Shown: in pieces, positions 1 to 11,421 of the stretch | How the letters are laid out: each line of letters starts with the position of its first letter | How positions within the stretch are numbered: position 1 is the first letter of the stretch | Source of the DNA: an uncultured Woeseiaceae bacterium | Lineage (GTDB): Bacteria; Pseudomonadota; Gammaproteobacteria; Steroidobacterales; Woeseiaceae | DNA: 62,450 nt | Assembly (NCBI GenBank): GCA_964440945.1 | Contig: CAYTTZ010000001.1 | Location: 1 to 62,450 of the forward strand | Reading direction: 5' to 3' | The notes under the pieces: model-generated | The model's input: only the letters and a program-made list of their open reading frames with translations | What the model was told of the DNA's origin: nothing | Databases searched by the model: none | Program-made: the position numbers and the translations under genes

Positions 1-927
1 CGCAAGGGGGTAGGCGAAACCCTCACTTACCGCGTCGGCGAACTACCTGTGATCGAACAACCAATTCTTTTGCATGTCGGAGACACGCTCGTTCTGCATC
101 GAGACGACGCTCCCGGTGAGCCCGCCAGGGTGGACCCGGAAGGCACGATCATTTCGGCGGCGCACATCGCTTGCCAACAGCCCGAAGCGTTTGCCTACGT
201 CAATACCGAGGATCCCGTCTCTTTGAACGACGGCAACATCGCCGGGATCGTACGATCCGCGAACAAGGACGAGCTGCGGATAGAAATCACGAAGGCCAAG
301 CCGACCGGCAGCAAGCTGCGTGGAAACCGCGGCATCAACTTCCCCGGCAGCGATATTCTTCTACCCGGCCTCACGACATCTGACCGGCAGCACCTCGACT
401 TCGTTGTAGAGCATGCCGATGCGGTCAGCCTGTCGTTCATCCGGGAGCCTGCCGATATTCGCCTTTTACAGGAGGCGTTGCAGCAATATCCGGGCAAGCA
501 CCTCGGTGTTGTCATCAAGATAGAAACCAAGCGCGGCTTCAAGAATCTGCCCGAATTGATACTGGCTGCCATGCGCAGCTACCCGGCCGCCGTCATGATT
601 GCGCGTGGCGATCTTGCGGTCGAATGCGGCTGGGCGCAGCTGGCCGAGCTTCAGGAAGAAATCCTCTGGTTCTGTGAGGCCGCTCAAATCCCGGTGATGT
701 GGGCAACCCAGGTGCTGGAGCAAGAGGCCAAAAAGGGACAGGCATCCCGGGCAGAAATCAGCGATGCTGCAATGTCGCAGCGCGCCGACTGCGTAATGCT
801 CAACAAGGGTCCGCACATACTCGCGGCCATTCGCATGCTCGACAACATCCTTCGTCGCATGCAAAAGCACCAGTTCAAGAAGACTGCGCGTATGAAGAAG
901 CTCAGCATCTCCGGCGACCCGGGGTAA
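1..927 (+). CDS. pyruvate kinase-like protein (barrel plus B domain); 5' end lies outside the window; no C-terminal allosteric domain
   Basis: The frame is open from base 1, with no stop before the listed GTG at 49. Pyruvate kinase barrel motifs are present: GINFPG, DFVVEHADAVSLSFIR, KIETKRG, VMIARGDLAVE, ATQVLE, SRAEISDAA, DCVMLNKGPH. The protein ends about 35 aa after the last motif. Confidence 0.7.
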   Translation, partial: RKGVGETLTYRVGELPVIEQPILLHVGDTLVLHRDDAPGEPARVDPEGTIISAAHIACQQPEAFAYVNTEDPVSLNDGNIAGIVRSANKDELRIEITKAKPTGSKLRGNRGINFPGSDILLPGLTTSDRQHLDFVVEHADAVSLSFIREPADIRLLQEALQQYPGKHLGVVIKIETKRGFKNLPELILAAMRSYPAAVMIARGDLAVECGWAQLAELQEEILWFCEAAQIPVMWATQVLEQEAKKGQASRAEISDAAMSQRADCVMLNKGPHILAAIRMLDNILRRMQKHQFKKTARMKKLSISGDPG

Positions 928-936
928 TTGGCTGCC

Positions 937-970
937 AAAAAAAAGCCCCTCGCGAGAGGGGCTTCTTATT
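937..970. terminator. bidirectional intrinsic terminator between convergent genes
   Basis: Stem agcccctc (944-951), loop gcga, stem gaggggct (956-963). An A-run lies on the left and tcttatt on the right. Confidence 0.6.
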
Positions 971-988
971 GCGCTTTGAAAACGTCCG

Positions 989-1603
989 CTAGAACTTCCA
1001 GCCCAATGTCAGGCTGTAGACCAGCGGATCTATCTCAACTTCCTCCAACGGCGAGCCATCCAGCTCGGCGTCCGTGTTGATATCGATCCAGCGAAGGTCG
1101 AAGTTCAGGAACATCGTGTCGGAAATATCGAAATCGGCGCCCAGCTGTGCCGCCAACCCAAGCGAGTCGTCAAGCTTGAGGCTCGTACCTGCCAGCGGAC
1201 CAGTCGTATCCTCGTCAAAAAACAGGGTGTAGTTGAGGCCGGCACCAACATACGGCCTTAACCCACCTGCGGTATCGAAGTGATACTGCAAGCTGAACGT
1301 CGGTGGCAAGTGCTTGGTCTCGCCAACCTTGGTGCCGTCGGAAGCAAGATTGATGTCGTGCGAAAACGGCGTCGCGGCAAGAATTTCAAAGCCGAGGTTT
1401 GGTGTGAAGAAGTAGGTGCCGTTAAAGACGACTGCCGTGCCACTATCTACGGATGCTACCAGCCCGTTGCTGGATTTCGGATCGACATTGCCGACACCGA
1501 CACGAACCAGCCAGTCTCCCTGCTCGTAGGCGCTGGCTGTAGAACTGAAGACGACCACTGCGGCAGTAGCCGTCGCAAGAAGAGTGCGACGCAAGAATGT
1601 CAT
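989..1603 (-). CDS. ompW: OmpW-family outer membrane protein
   Basis: Signal peptide MTFLRRTLLATATAAVVVFSSTASA. Beta-barrel pattern with C-terminal LGWKF. OmpW-like blocks WLVRVGVGNVDP and LPPTFSLQYHF. I chose the ATG at 1603 over the longer ORF start at 1681. Confidence 0.8.
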   Translation of the reverse strand: MTFLRRTLLATATAAVVVFSSTASAYEQGDWLVRVGVGNVDPKSSNGLVASVDSGTAVVFNGTYFFTPNLGFEILAATPFSHDINLASDGTKVGETKHLPPTFSLQYHFDTAGGLRPYVGAGLNYTLFFDEDTTGPLAGTSLKLDDSLGLAAQLGADFDISDTMFLNFDLRWIDINTDAELDGSPLEEVEIDPLVYSLTLGWKF

Positions 1604-1771
1604 TTTGATAGCTCCAATATTCACGAAGATTTTGAGCCCAAAAGACTCAACCGCGTGCATAATGCGCGCGTTTGGGAGCATTCCGAATGCGCGGCTCTAC
1701 CTAAGACGCTTCGGTTTGTACGGCCTAGGATTTCGCCCGGCAGTCTTCTAGAATGCGCCTTGACGGTTGAC

Positions 1772-4525
<2,754 letters not shown>

Positions 4526-4665
4526 TTTCTTACCAATATCCGGGTTGCTGAGTTGTCGCATGGTCTCCCAGCGACCCGCCGCAATCTATTACGGCAAACC
4601 ACTAAAACCTGAGAAAAATCCCTTATCCAGCTAAATCTTGGCCGTTGGCGGCCGATAGCCTCTCT

Positions 4666-7600
4666 ATGTCTCTCGGAAAGAAAACGCTGGCGCTTTTTCT
4701 GGTGCTCGGCTGCGCGATATGCCTGGGCAGCTATTTTGCATTACGGCTTACCGTTCTACCCGCTTTTGCCGAGTTCGAACGAAGTGCCTCGGAGCAGGCG
4801 CTAGAGCGCGTCACACGAATGTTGGATTCGGAGCTTCGCGCACTCGAGATAATGAACATCGAATACTCGGCCTGGAGTGATACCTACGCGTACGCCTTGG
4901 GCCAGTACCCCGCCTTCGAAGTCGGGAATCTCGACCCCGACTACTGGCACAGCGTCAACATCGATGCGATGTTGATATTCGGCCAAGATGGTGAAGTTTT
5001 GTTCGGACGAATCGGCGATCCTTCCGATGGTCACAGGCTGGAATTTACCGAGGAGTTCATCGCAACGCTTCGACCCGGCCACCCCCTGATAACTCACAAA
5101 AGCCCTTCAAGCTCGCTTTCAGGACTGATACTCACGCGCGCCGGCATTCTGCAGGTGACGTCCTATCCAATACTAACCAGCGAAGGAACAGGTCCGGTAG
5201 CCGGCGCCTTTATCGTCGGGCAATTTCTCTCGCACGAACGCATCGCGGAGCTTGGCAAGCGCGCCACCGTAGAGGCTTCCGTCCGAGCTCTCGATGACGA
5301 AACACTACGTGCTGCTGTGGCCACCTTGAATCGGAATGCAGATACTGCTGATACGACTGTCGTTACCTATGAAGACGAGTTGCATGGGTATCAGTTCTTG
5401 CGCGGCGCTCTCGGCGAGCCGATTGCCGTGCTCGAGGTTCGACAACCGCGGGCAATTACCCAAATCGGCATCAAGACCATTCGCGCAGCTACGACGTTCC
5501 TTGTCATCGGTAGCGTCGGTTTTCTGCTGGCGGCCCTGTTTTTCATACAGCAGCTGATCGTGACGCCAGTGCGGATGCTGACAGAGAAGATCCTCAACAT
5601 CCAAAACACTGGTGAGCTCGAAATGGACGTGGAAGCCCACCGCTCCGATGAGGTTGGGGTGCTCGCCGGGAAGTTCTCCGAGTTGACAGCAGGACTTGGC
5701 AAAGCCAGGCGCGAATTGGAAACCGCACGTGATGAAGCATTATCCATGTCAGATGCGAAGAGTGAGTTCCTGGCCCGCATGAGCCATGAAATTCGTACGC
5801 CCATGAACGGCGTACTTGGCATGACTGAATTGCTGAGGAACACGGAACTCAACGACAAGCAGGAACGCTTTGCGAAGACCATTCACGAGTCTGCTGAGTC
5901 TTTGCTGCACATCATTAACGATATTCTCGATATCTCCAAGATCGAAGCCGGCAAAGTCGAGCTGGACGTTGCGCCCTTCAATTTGCGAGACGTGGTTGAA
6001 GAATGCCTGGAGCTTCTGGCCGACTCTGCTCATCGAAAGGATCTTGAACTGGTCGGCGCTATTCCGGGCGACGTGCACACCTTTGTCGAAGGTGATGCGC
6101 TTCGTTTGCGACAGATCCTCGTGAACCTCATTAGCAACTCGGTGAAATTCACCGAACAGGGTGAAATAGTCCTACGTGTTGCTGCGCTCGAAGAGGATGC
6201 GGATTTCGTCAAATACCGTTTCGAAGTCCGGGACACGGGCATCGGAATTAGCGCCGAAAACCTGGCGAAAATTTTTGATCCATTTGCACAGGAGGACGGT
6301 TCGACGACACGGCGCTACGGCGGCACCGGCCTCGGCCTCTCAATCTCCAAGCAGCTGATCGAACTGATGGGAGGCGAAATTGGCGCCGACTGCACTCAGG
6401 GACAGGGTTGTACTTTCTGGTTTACCGTGCAGCTGCGTAAAGACGTGGCTGAGCTGGCGATGATCACGCCGGATCTACTTGCAGGAAAACGGGTTCTCAT
6501 CGTCGACGACAATGCCACCAATCGCGAAACCTTGCGTGGCCAGCTGGAAGGATGGCGAATGGCGGTTGAATCGGCCTGCTCCGGTCCCGAAGCGCTCGAG
6601 GTTCTTTCCAGGCCCGCCCGTAGCGACGCTCCTTTTGATGTTGTACTCCTTGATATGAATATGCCCGATATGGATGGCATCGAGCTTTCAAAGACCATCG
6701 GAAAAGCAGGGCTTGCTGGCGCTGCGCCATTGATAATGCTCAGTTCCGTGTCCGGTGCGAACAGCCAGAATGAACTGGCTGCAAGCGGAATTGTAGCCTG
6801 GCTGACCAAGCCAGTACGACAGACCCGCCTACACGACGCGCTGGTCTCACACCTGAGTCGAACGGCCAGCGAATCCGGTAATGCCGGTACTTACCCGAAA
6901 CCTGTCGTTGCTACCAATGACAGCGCCCATCGCACACTTCGTATCTTGTTGGCTGAGGACAACCCGATCAACAAGACTGTTGCCACTGGAATGCTTGCTG
7001 AACTCGGGCACAAAACGACCGTAGTCGCGAACGGCAACGAAGCAGTCGACGCTTTCAAGCGGCAGGACTTCGACCTGGTGTTTATGGACTGTCAAATGCC
7101 CGAGCTGGACGGGTACGAGGCCACACAGGCGATTCGACAATGGGAAAATGAGCAGGATCGAGCGCTGACAACGATTGTTGCCTTGACAGCAAATGCCCTT
7201 GAAGGGGACCGGGAGCGCTGCCTGAGCGCAGGTATGAGCGATTACATCAGCAAACCGTTCACGTTGGCAAAACTCGAGTCGGTAGTCGACGCAAATACGC
7301 GTCAAGACCATATCGATGGTCAAACCGACTCAGCTGACTCCAGCTGTCACATTCTCATCGTCGATGACAATCCGATAAACCAACAGGTCGCGAAAGCCAT
7401 GCTGGACGAAATCGGCTTTAGCTCCGACGTCGTCTCTAATGGAGACGAAGCGCTGCGCGCTCTGGAATCAACGCGATTTGATCTGGTATTGATGGATTGC
7501 CATATGCCATTGCGCGATGGCTATGACACGACGCGAGAGGTACGCAAGCTCGAGGAAGAAGGCTCCCGAAAAGGCCGAATTCCGATCGTGGCAGTCACGG

Positions 7601-8151
7601 CCGACCTCATGCAAAACAATCGCTCACGATGCCTTGATTGCGGGATGGACGACTACCTTGCGAAGCCATTTACAGACAAGCAGCTGCGCCTGGTCCTGAG
7701 CCGCTGGTTGATCGATCCGAGGATCAACGACCCGACAACCGAAGTTGTGGTTGACTCTGAAGGGTTCACCGAACTTTCTGAAACGGCGACGATAGCCTCC
7801 CTCGACGCGCACGCATTCGCTGAAATACTCCGCCTGGACAAATCCTCGGACAAGAACATGACCCGCGAAATCGTTGTCTCGTACTGTGCGCTATCAACGA
7901 AGCTGGTATTGCAACTACGGGCGGCAACCGCCGACGGTGACGAAGAACAGATCGATGTGCTCGCGCATTCGCTGAAAGGCTGCAGCGGACAGATTGGTGC
8001 TGTGTATCTGGCGAATCTATGCGAAAAAATACTGTCCTGCGTGCGTGACAAAGACCTCAGCGAAGCTCCCTCGCTTTGCGAACGAGCGGCGATCGAGCAC
8101 TCGGCCATCATCACCGCGCTCGACAGGGAATTGCAGCGCATCGCAGCCTGA
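4666..8151 (+). CDS. hybrid sensor histidine kinase: periplasmic CHASE4-like domain, HAMP, HisKA/HATPase, three receiver domains, C-terminal Hpt
   Basis: Two TM segments flank a sensor domain of about 250 aa containing YSAWSDTYAY. H-box SHEIRTPMNG, N-box LVNLISNSVKFT, G-boxes DTGIGI and GGTGLGLSI. Three REC domains (VLLDMNMPDMDG, VFMDCQMPELDG, VLMDCHMPLRDG), each with a conserved K. Hpt motif HSLKGCSGQIGA. Confidence 0.9.
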   Translation: MSLGKKTLALFLVLGCAICLGSYFALRLTVLPAFAEFERSASEQALERVTRMLDSELRALEIMNIEYSAWSDTYAYALGQYPAFEVGNLDPDYWHSVNIDAMLIFGQDGEVLFGRIGDPSDGHRLEFTEEFIATLRPGHPLITHKSPSSSLSGLILTRAGILQVTSYPILTSEGTGPVAGAFIVGQFLSHERIAELGKRATVEASVRALDDETLRAAVATLNRNADTADTTVVTYEDELHGYQFLRGALGEPIAVLEVRQPRAITQIGIKTIRAATTFLVIGSVGFLLAALFFIQQLIVTPVRMLTEKILNIQNTGELEMDVEAHRSDEVGVLAGKFSELTAGLGKARRELETARDEALSMSDAKSEFLARMSHEIRTPMNGVLGMTELLRNTELNDKQERFAKTIHESAESLLHIINDILDISKIEAGKVELDVAPFNLRDVVEECLELLADSAHRKDLELVGAIPGDVHTFVEGDALRLRQILVNLISNSVKFTEQGEIVLRVAALEEDADFVKYRFEVRDTGIGISAENLAKIFDPFAQEDGSTTRRYGGTGLGLSISKQLIELMGGEIGADCTQGQGCTFWFTVQLRKDVAELAMITPDLLAGKRVLIVDDNATNRETLRGQLEGWRMAVESACSGPEALEVLSRPARSDAPFDVVLLDMNMPDMDGIELSKTIGKAGLAGAAPLIMLSSVSGANSQNELAASGIVAWLTKPVRQTRLHDALVSHLSRTASESGNAGTYPKPVVATNDSAHRTLRILLAEDNPINKTVATGMLAELGHKTTVVANGNEAVDAFKRQDFDLVFMDCQMPELDGYEATQAIRQWENEQDRALTTIVALTANALEGDRERCLSAGMSDYISKPFTLAKLESVVDANTRQDHIDGQTDSADSSCHILIVDDNPINQQVAKAMLDEIGFSSDVVSNGDEALRALESTRFDLVLMDCHMPLRDGYDTTREVRKLEEEGSRKGRIPIVAVTADLMQNNRSRCLDCGMDDYLAKPFTDKQLRLVLSRWLIDPRINDPTTEVVVDSEGFTELSETATIASLDAHAFAEILRLDKSSDKNMTREIVVSYCALSTKLVLQLRAATADGDEEQIDVLAHSLKGCSGQIGAVYLANLCEKILSCVRDKDLSEAPSLCERAAIEHSAIITALDRELQRIAA

Positions 8152-8168
8152 ATCTGTAATAATGGTGC

Positions 8169-9533
8169 ATGGATGATCTCGGCGCCTTAACCCTTCTTCC
8201 GACCCTGATCGTGTTTGCGCTCGCAATCCTGACGCATCGACCCATCGAGTCATTGATTGCCGGCTCGCTGGTCGGACTCATCATCATCCACGGCACCGGC
8301 TTCGTTGGTGGTTTTGCCGAAGCCTCCGTCCGCGTCATGACTGACGCCGATGTTGCCTGGGTCATCCTGGTCTGCGGCTTTATGGGCAGCCTGATTGGCA
8401 TCCTGATCCGCACCGGCTCGACGTCCTCATTTACGCAGCTGATGTCGACCTACGTCCGATCCGAAAAGACTGCGCTAATGGCGACCTGGGGCCTCGGCAT
8501 CCTGATGTTCGTCGACGACTACCTGAATTCTTTGGCGGTTGGCTCGGCCATGCGTACCCTGACCGACAAGTACAAGGTATCGCGGGAAAAACTTGCGTAC
8601 GTGGTGGACTCTACCGCGGCTCCCATCAGTGTCATTATTCCGTTTTCTACATGGGGGGTCTTCTTCTCCGGACTGATCGTCGCCAACGGCATAGCGCCCG
8701 AAGGCGAGGGCTTCGCCACTTACATCAGTGCGATTCCGTACATGCTGTACGCATGGGTGGCCGTGCTCATGGTGCCGTTTGTAATTTCCGGCGTTATACC
8801 CGCAATCGGTCCAATGAAAGCAGCGCAAACGCGTGCGCACACAACTGGCCAGATGGTCCCGCCCAGCGCGGCGCATATCGAAGCAGCCAACCAGTCGATT
8901 CTGCCGAATCCAAACGTCAAACCACGGGTCTCGATGTTTATCGTGCCCATGACCGTACTCGTGCTGGCAACGCTGTATTTCGACAAGGACTTCCTAATCG
9001 GCATCTACATCACGCTCGGCGGCACGGCGATCTTCATACTCGCCACGCGCATGCTGTCAATGAACGACACGTTCGACACGATTGTCGACGGCTTCAAGAT
9101 GATGGTCGAGCCGCTGGGCGTCCTGGTTGCGGCGTTCATTTTGAAGGACGTCAACGATGCGCTGGGACTGGCACCGTATATTGTGACGATGATGGAACCA
9201 TTGCTCACCCCGGAATCGCTGCCGGCCGTCATCTTTGCCTCCATGGCGATCGTATCTTTCATGACCGGGTCGAACTGGGGTGTATTCGTGATCGTGCTAC
9301 CGATCGTGACGGCCCTGGCGAACAACCTCGGCGCTGACATGACGCTGGTCATTGGCGCGACATTGTCGGCCAGCACTTTCGGCAGCCACGCCTGCTTCTA
9401 TTCGGATGCCACGGTTCTCACAGCACAGGCCTCGGGCTGCACACCCTTTCAACATGCGATTACACAGATTCCCTACGCTTTGATTGCCGCGGCAATCTCG
9501 ATCGTAGGGTATCTGCTTATCGCCTACGTCTGA
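8169..9533 (+). CDS. NhaC-family Na+/H+ antiporter-like membrane transporter
   Basis: Polytopic protein of about 454 aa. NhaC-like block LAVGSAMRTLTDKYKVSREKLAYVVDSTAAPISVIIPFSTWG. Recognised from memory only. Confidence 0.7.
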   Translation: MDDLGALTLLPTLIVFALAILTHRPIESLIAGSLVGLIIIHGTGFVGGFAEASVRVMTDADVAWVILVCGFMGSLIGILIRTGSTSSFTQLMSTYVRSEKTALMATWGLGILMFVDDYLNSLAVGSAMRTLTDKYKVSREKLAYVVDSTAAPISVIIPFSTWGVFFSGLIVANGIAPEGEGFATYISAIPYMLYAWVAVLMVPFVISGVIPAIGPMKAAQTRAHTTGQMVPPSAAHIEAANQSILPNPNVKPRVSMFIVPMTVLVLATLYFDKDFLIGIYITLGGTAIFILATRMLSMNDTFDTIVDGFKMMVEPLGVLVAAFILKDVNDALGLAPYIVTMMEPLLTPESLPAVIFASMAIVSFMTGSNWGVFVIVLPIVTALANNLGADMTLVIGATLSASTFGSHACFYSDATVLTAQASGCTPFQHAITQIPYALIAAAISIVGYLLIAYV

Positions 9534-10737
9534 CAGGCTGCCCTGTTGAATCCTCCGCACGGGCGTCCAGAGCCTTGAGGACTGAGGCATCTCGCCCGTA
9601 TACGTCATTGTAAAAGTGGATCCTGCCGAGATCGTCGACTTCCGCCGTCATATAGAGAACATACACTGGCAAAGGTTTTGCCAAAGCGATGGTCTTCGTA
9701 TTCCCGGACTCAATTTGCGAATCGATTTCATCACGCGTCCATCCTTCAACGCGCAGAACAAACTCGGCAAAAGCCAGCGGATCGTCTATCCGAATACAGC
9801 CATGGCTAAGCGCCCGTTTCGAACTGGCGAATAGATACTTTGCAGGCGTGTCGTGCATACAAACGGAGTACCGATTCGGAATCATGAACTTGATCTGTCC
9901 TAGCTGATTCCCGGGCCCTGGCTTTTGCACCAGCCTGAATGGAAAATTGTTTTTGGAAAACGTGCTCCAGTCAACGAGCGCCGGATCGACTCGGTTGCCC
10001 TCTCGGTCATAAAGTTCGTAACCACCTTTGGCGAAAAAGTCCGGATCTTGCTTTATGTCCGGGAGCATTTCTTCTGTCGCAATGCTGCGCGGTACCGACC
10101 AGGTCGGGTTGAACACGACGGACTTCAACACCGAACGAAGTTCCGGCGTCTCGTTGTCTTTTCCGCCGACAATGACCTTCATTGTCCAAATCGTTTGTCC
10201 ATCGCGAATAATTGCAGCTTTGAATGCCGCAATGCTTACCAGGACAAAAAAATCCTCATCCATGTCGGACACGGCGAGCGTTCGTTCGAGGTTGACCCGG
10301 ATCTGGTCGATACGTTCTTCGATCGGTACGTTAAGTGCGCGTAAAGTGGCCCTTCCAACCAGCGCGTCCGTGGCCAGTCCGTGGCGCGCCTGAAAACGGC
10401 GTACCGCGTCCTGTAACGCTTCGCCATAGTTTCGGGCCACGATCTCGTCATCCGCCAGATCGCCTGATGCGGCCAGCCGCTTGGCCAGAATTCCGAGTCG
10501 CGGATCATCAGAACCCGGCCTGATTGTCGGACCTTTCGGGACCACCGGCCAACCGCCAGAAGCCGCCAAACTACGGTGCCGCTGGAGTTCGGCCTGCAGC
10601 CCGGCGAACTGGGACCGCAATACGCCGCCTGGTGCGAGGGCGCCCGGCTGCCGCACTGCCTCCGCCGCGTCAGCCGTCGCGACCTGCAGCGGCGAGACTA
10701 CGAGACTCACCATAATCGCTGCGATCAACCGTAACAT
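9517..10737 (-). CDS. ldtD: L,D-transpeptidase (YcbB/LdtD-like) with peptidoglycan-binding domain
   Basis: Signal peptide. PG_binding_1-like VRRFQARHGLATDALVGRATLRALN. YkuD catalytic region HDTP....SHGCIRI. Confidence 0.85.
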   Translation of the reverse strand: MLRLIAAIMVSLVVSPLQVATADAAEAVRQPGALAPGGVLRSQFAGLQAELQRHRSLAASGGWPVVPKGPTIRPGSDDPRLGILAKRLAASGDLADDEIVARNYGEALQDAVRRFQARHGLATDALVGRATLRALNVPIEERIDQIRVNLERTLAVSDMDEDFFVLVSIAAFKAAIIRDGQTIWTMKVIVGGKDNETPELRSVLKSVVFNPTWSVPRSIATEEMLPDIKQDPDFFAKGGYELYDREGNRVDPALVDWSTFSKNNFPFRLVQKPGPGNQLGQIKFMIPNRYSVCMHDTPAKYLFASSKRALSHGCIRIDDPLAFAEFVLRVEGWTRDEIDSQIESGNTKTIALAKPLPVYVLYMTAEVDDLGRIHFYNDVYGRDASVLKALDARAEDSTGQPVRRRR

Positions 10738-10807
10738 GTGCCGAAGTACCTTGAATTTCTGTAGAAAGACGTCATATTTAAGTCTGGTTTTGGAATCTTT
10801 TTTCTCT

Positions 10808-11353
10808 ATGGATCACCTACGTAAATTTCGCTTTCTGACGGCCGTCGCTATCACCCTGATTCTGACTTCATTGGCAGGCGTCAGCCAGGGCAAGCTTGAG
10901 AATGACGAGCGCCAGCTGTCTTTTTATCACACCCACACAGGGAAGCGGCTGGACGTTGTCTATGCCCGCGACGGTGCCTACGTTCCGGCGGCGCTCGAAG
11001 AGATCGATCACTTTCTCTTCGACTTTCGAACCGGCGACGCGGCCCAAATGGACCCCGAGCTTCTTGACCTGATTTACGACGTGCGAGCCGAACTCGGCAG
11101 CGACGGCACCTACCAGGTCGTATCAGCCTACCGCTCCCCGAAGACCAACGAAATGCTCCGAGGGCGCAGCAAGAATACGGGCGTTGCCAGGAAAAGCCAG
11201 CATCTCCTGGGCAAAGCGATCGACGTCCGTCTCGAAGGTGTCGCCACCGCCAAATTGCGCGATACAGCGCTGGCGATTCGGCGCGGTGGTGTCGGCTTCT
11301 ACGAGGCATCCGATTTCGTGCATATGGATACCGGGCGCCCGCGTAGCTGGTAA
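10808..11353 (+). CDS. mepK: DUF882/YcbK-family peptidase M15 (MepK-like murein endopeptidase)
   Basis: Aligns by eye along its length with E. coli YcbK: LSFYHTHTGKRL, SAYRSPKTNEML, VARKSQHLLGKAIDVRL, GGVGFY..SDFVHMDTGRPRSW. Start taken at MDHLRKF (10808). The listed longer ORF from 10481 is antisense to ldtD. Confidence 0.85.
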   Translation: MDHLRKFRFLTAVAITLILTSLAGVSQGKLENDERQLSFYHTHTGKRLDVVYARDGAYVPAALEEIDHFLFDFRTGDAAQMDPELLDLIYDVRAELGSDGTYQVVSAYRSPKTNEMLRGRSKNTGVARKSQHLLGKAIDVRLEGVATAKLRDTALAIRRGGVGFYEASDFVHMDTGRPRSW

Positions 11354-11421
11354 CTCCCAGACCGTAATTTTCTTGCGTCCATGATACTTTGGAGCCGGAC
11401 AGTCGGGTCCAGAGGTGGCCG

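Noticed and set aside
9517-9533. A 17-nt convergent overlap between the 3' ends of the NhaC-like gene and ldtD.
   Set aside because: Short convergent overlaps are common in compact GC-rich genomes. There is no evidence of functional significance.
10481-10807. N-terminal extensions in the ORF track for mepK (from 10481), the M20 peptidase (39383), ompW (1681), rssA (54677), dbpA (45988), the acidic protein (54540) and DUF2177 (58295).
   Set aside because: The extensions overlap neighbouring genes or precede obvious signal peptides and conserved N termini. Internal ATG starts fit the homologues better.
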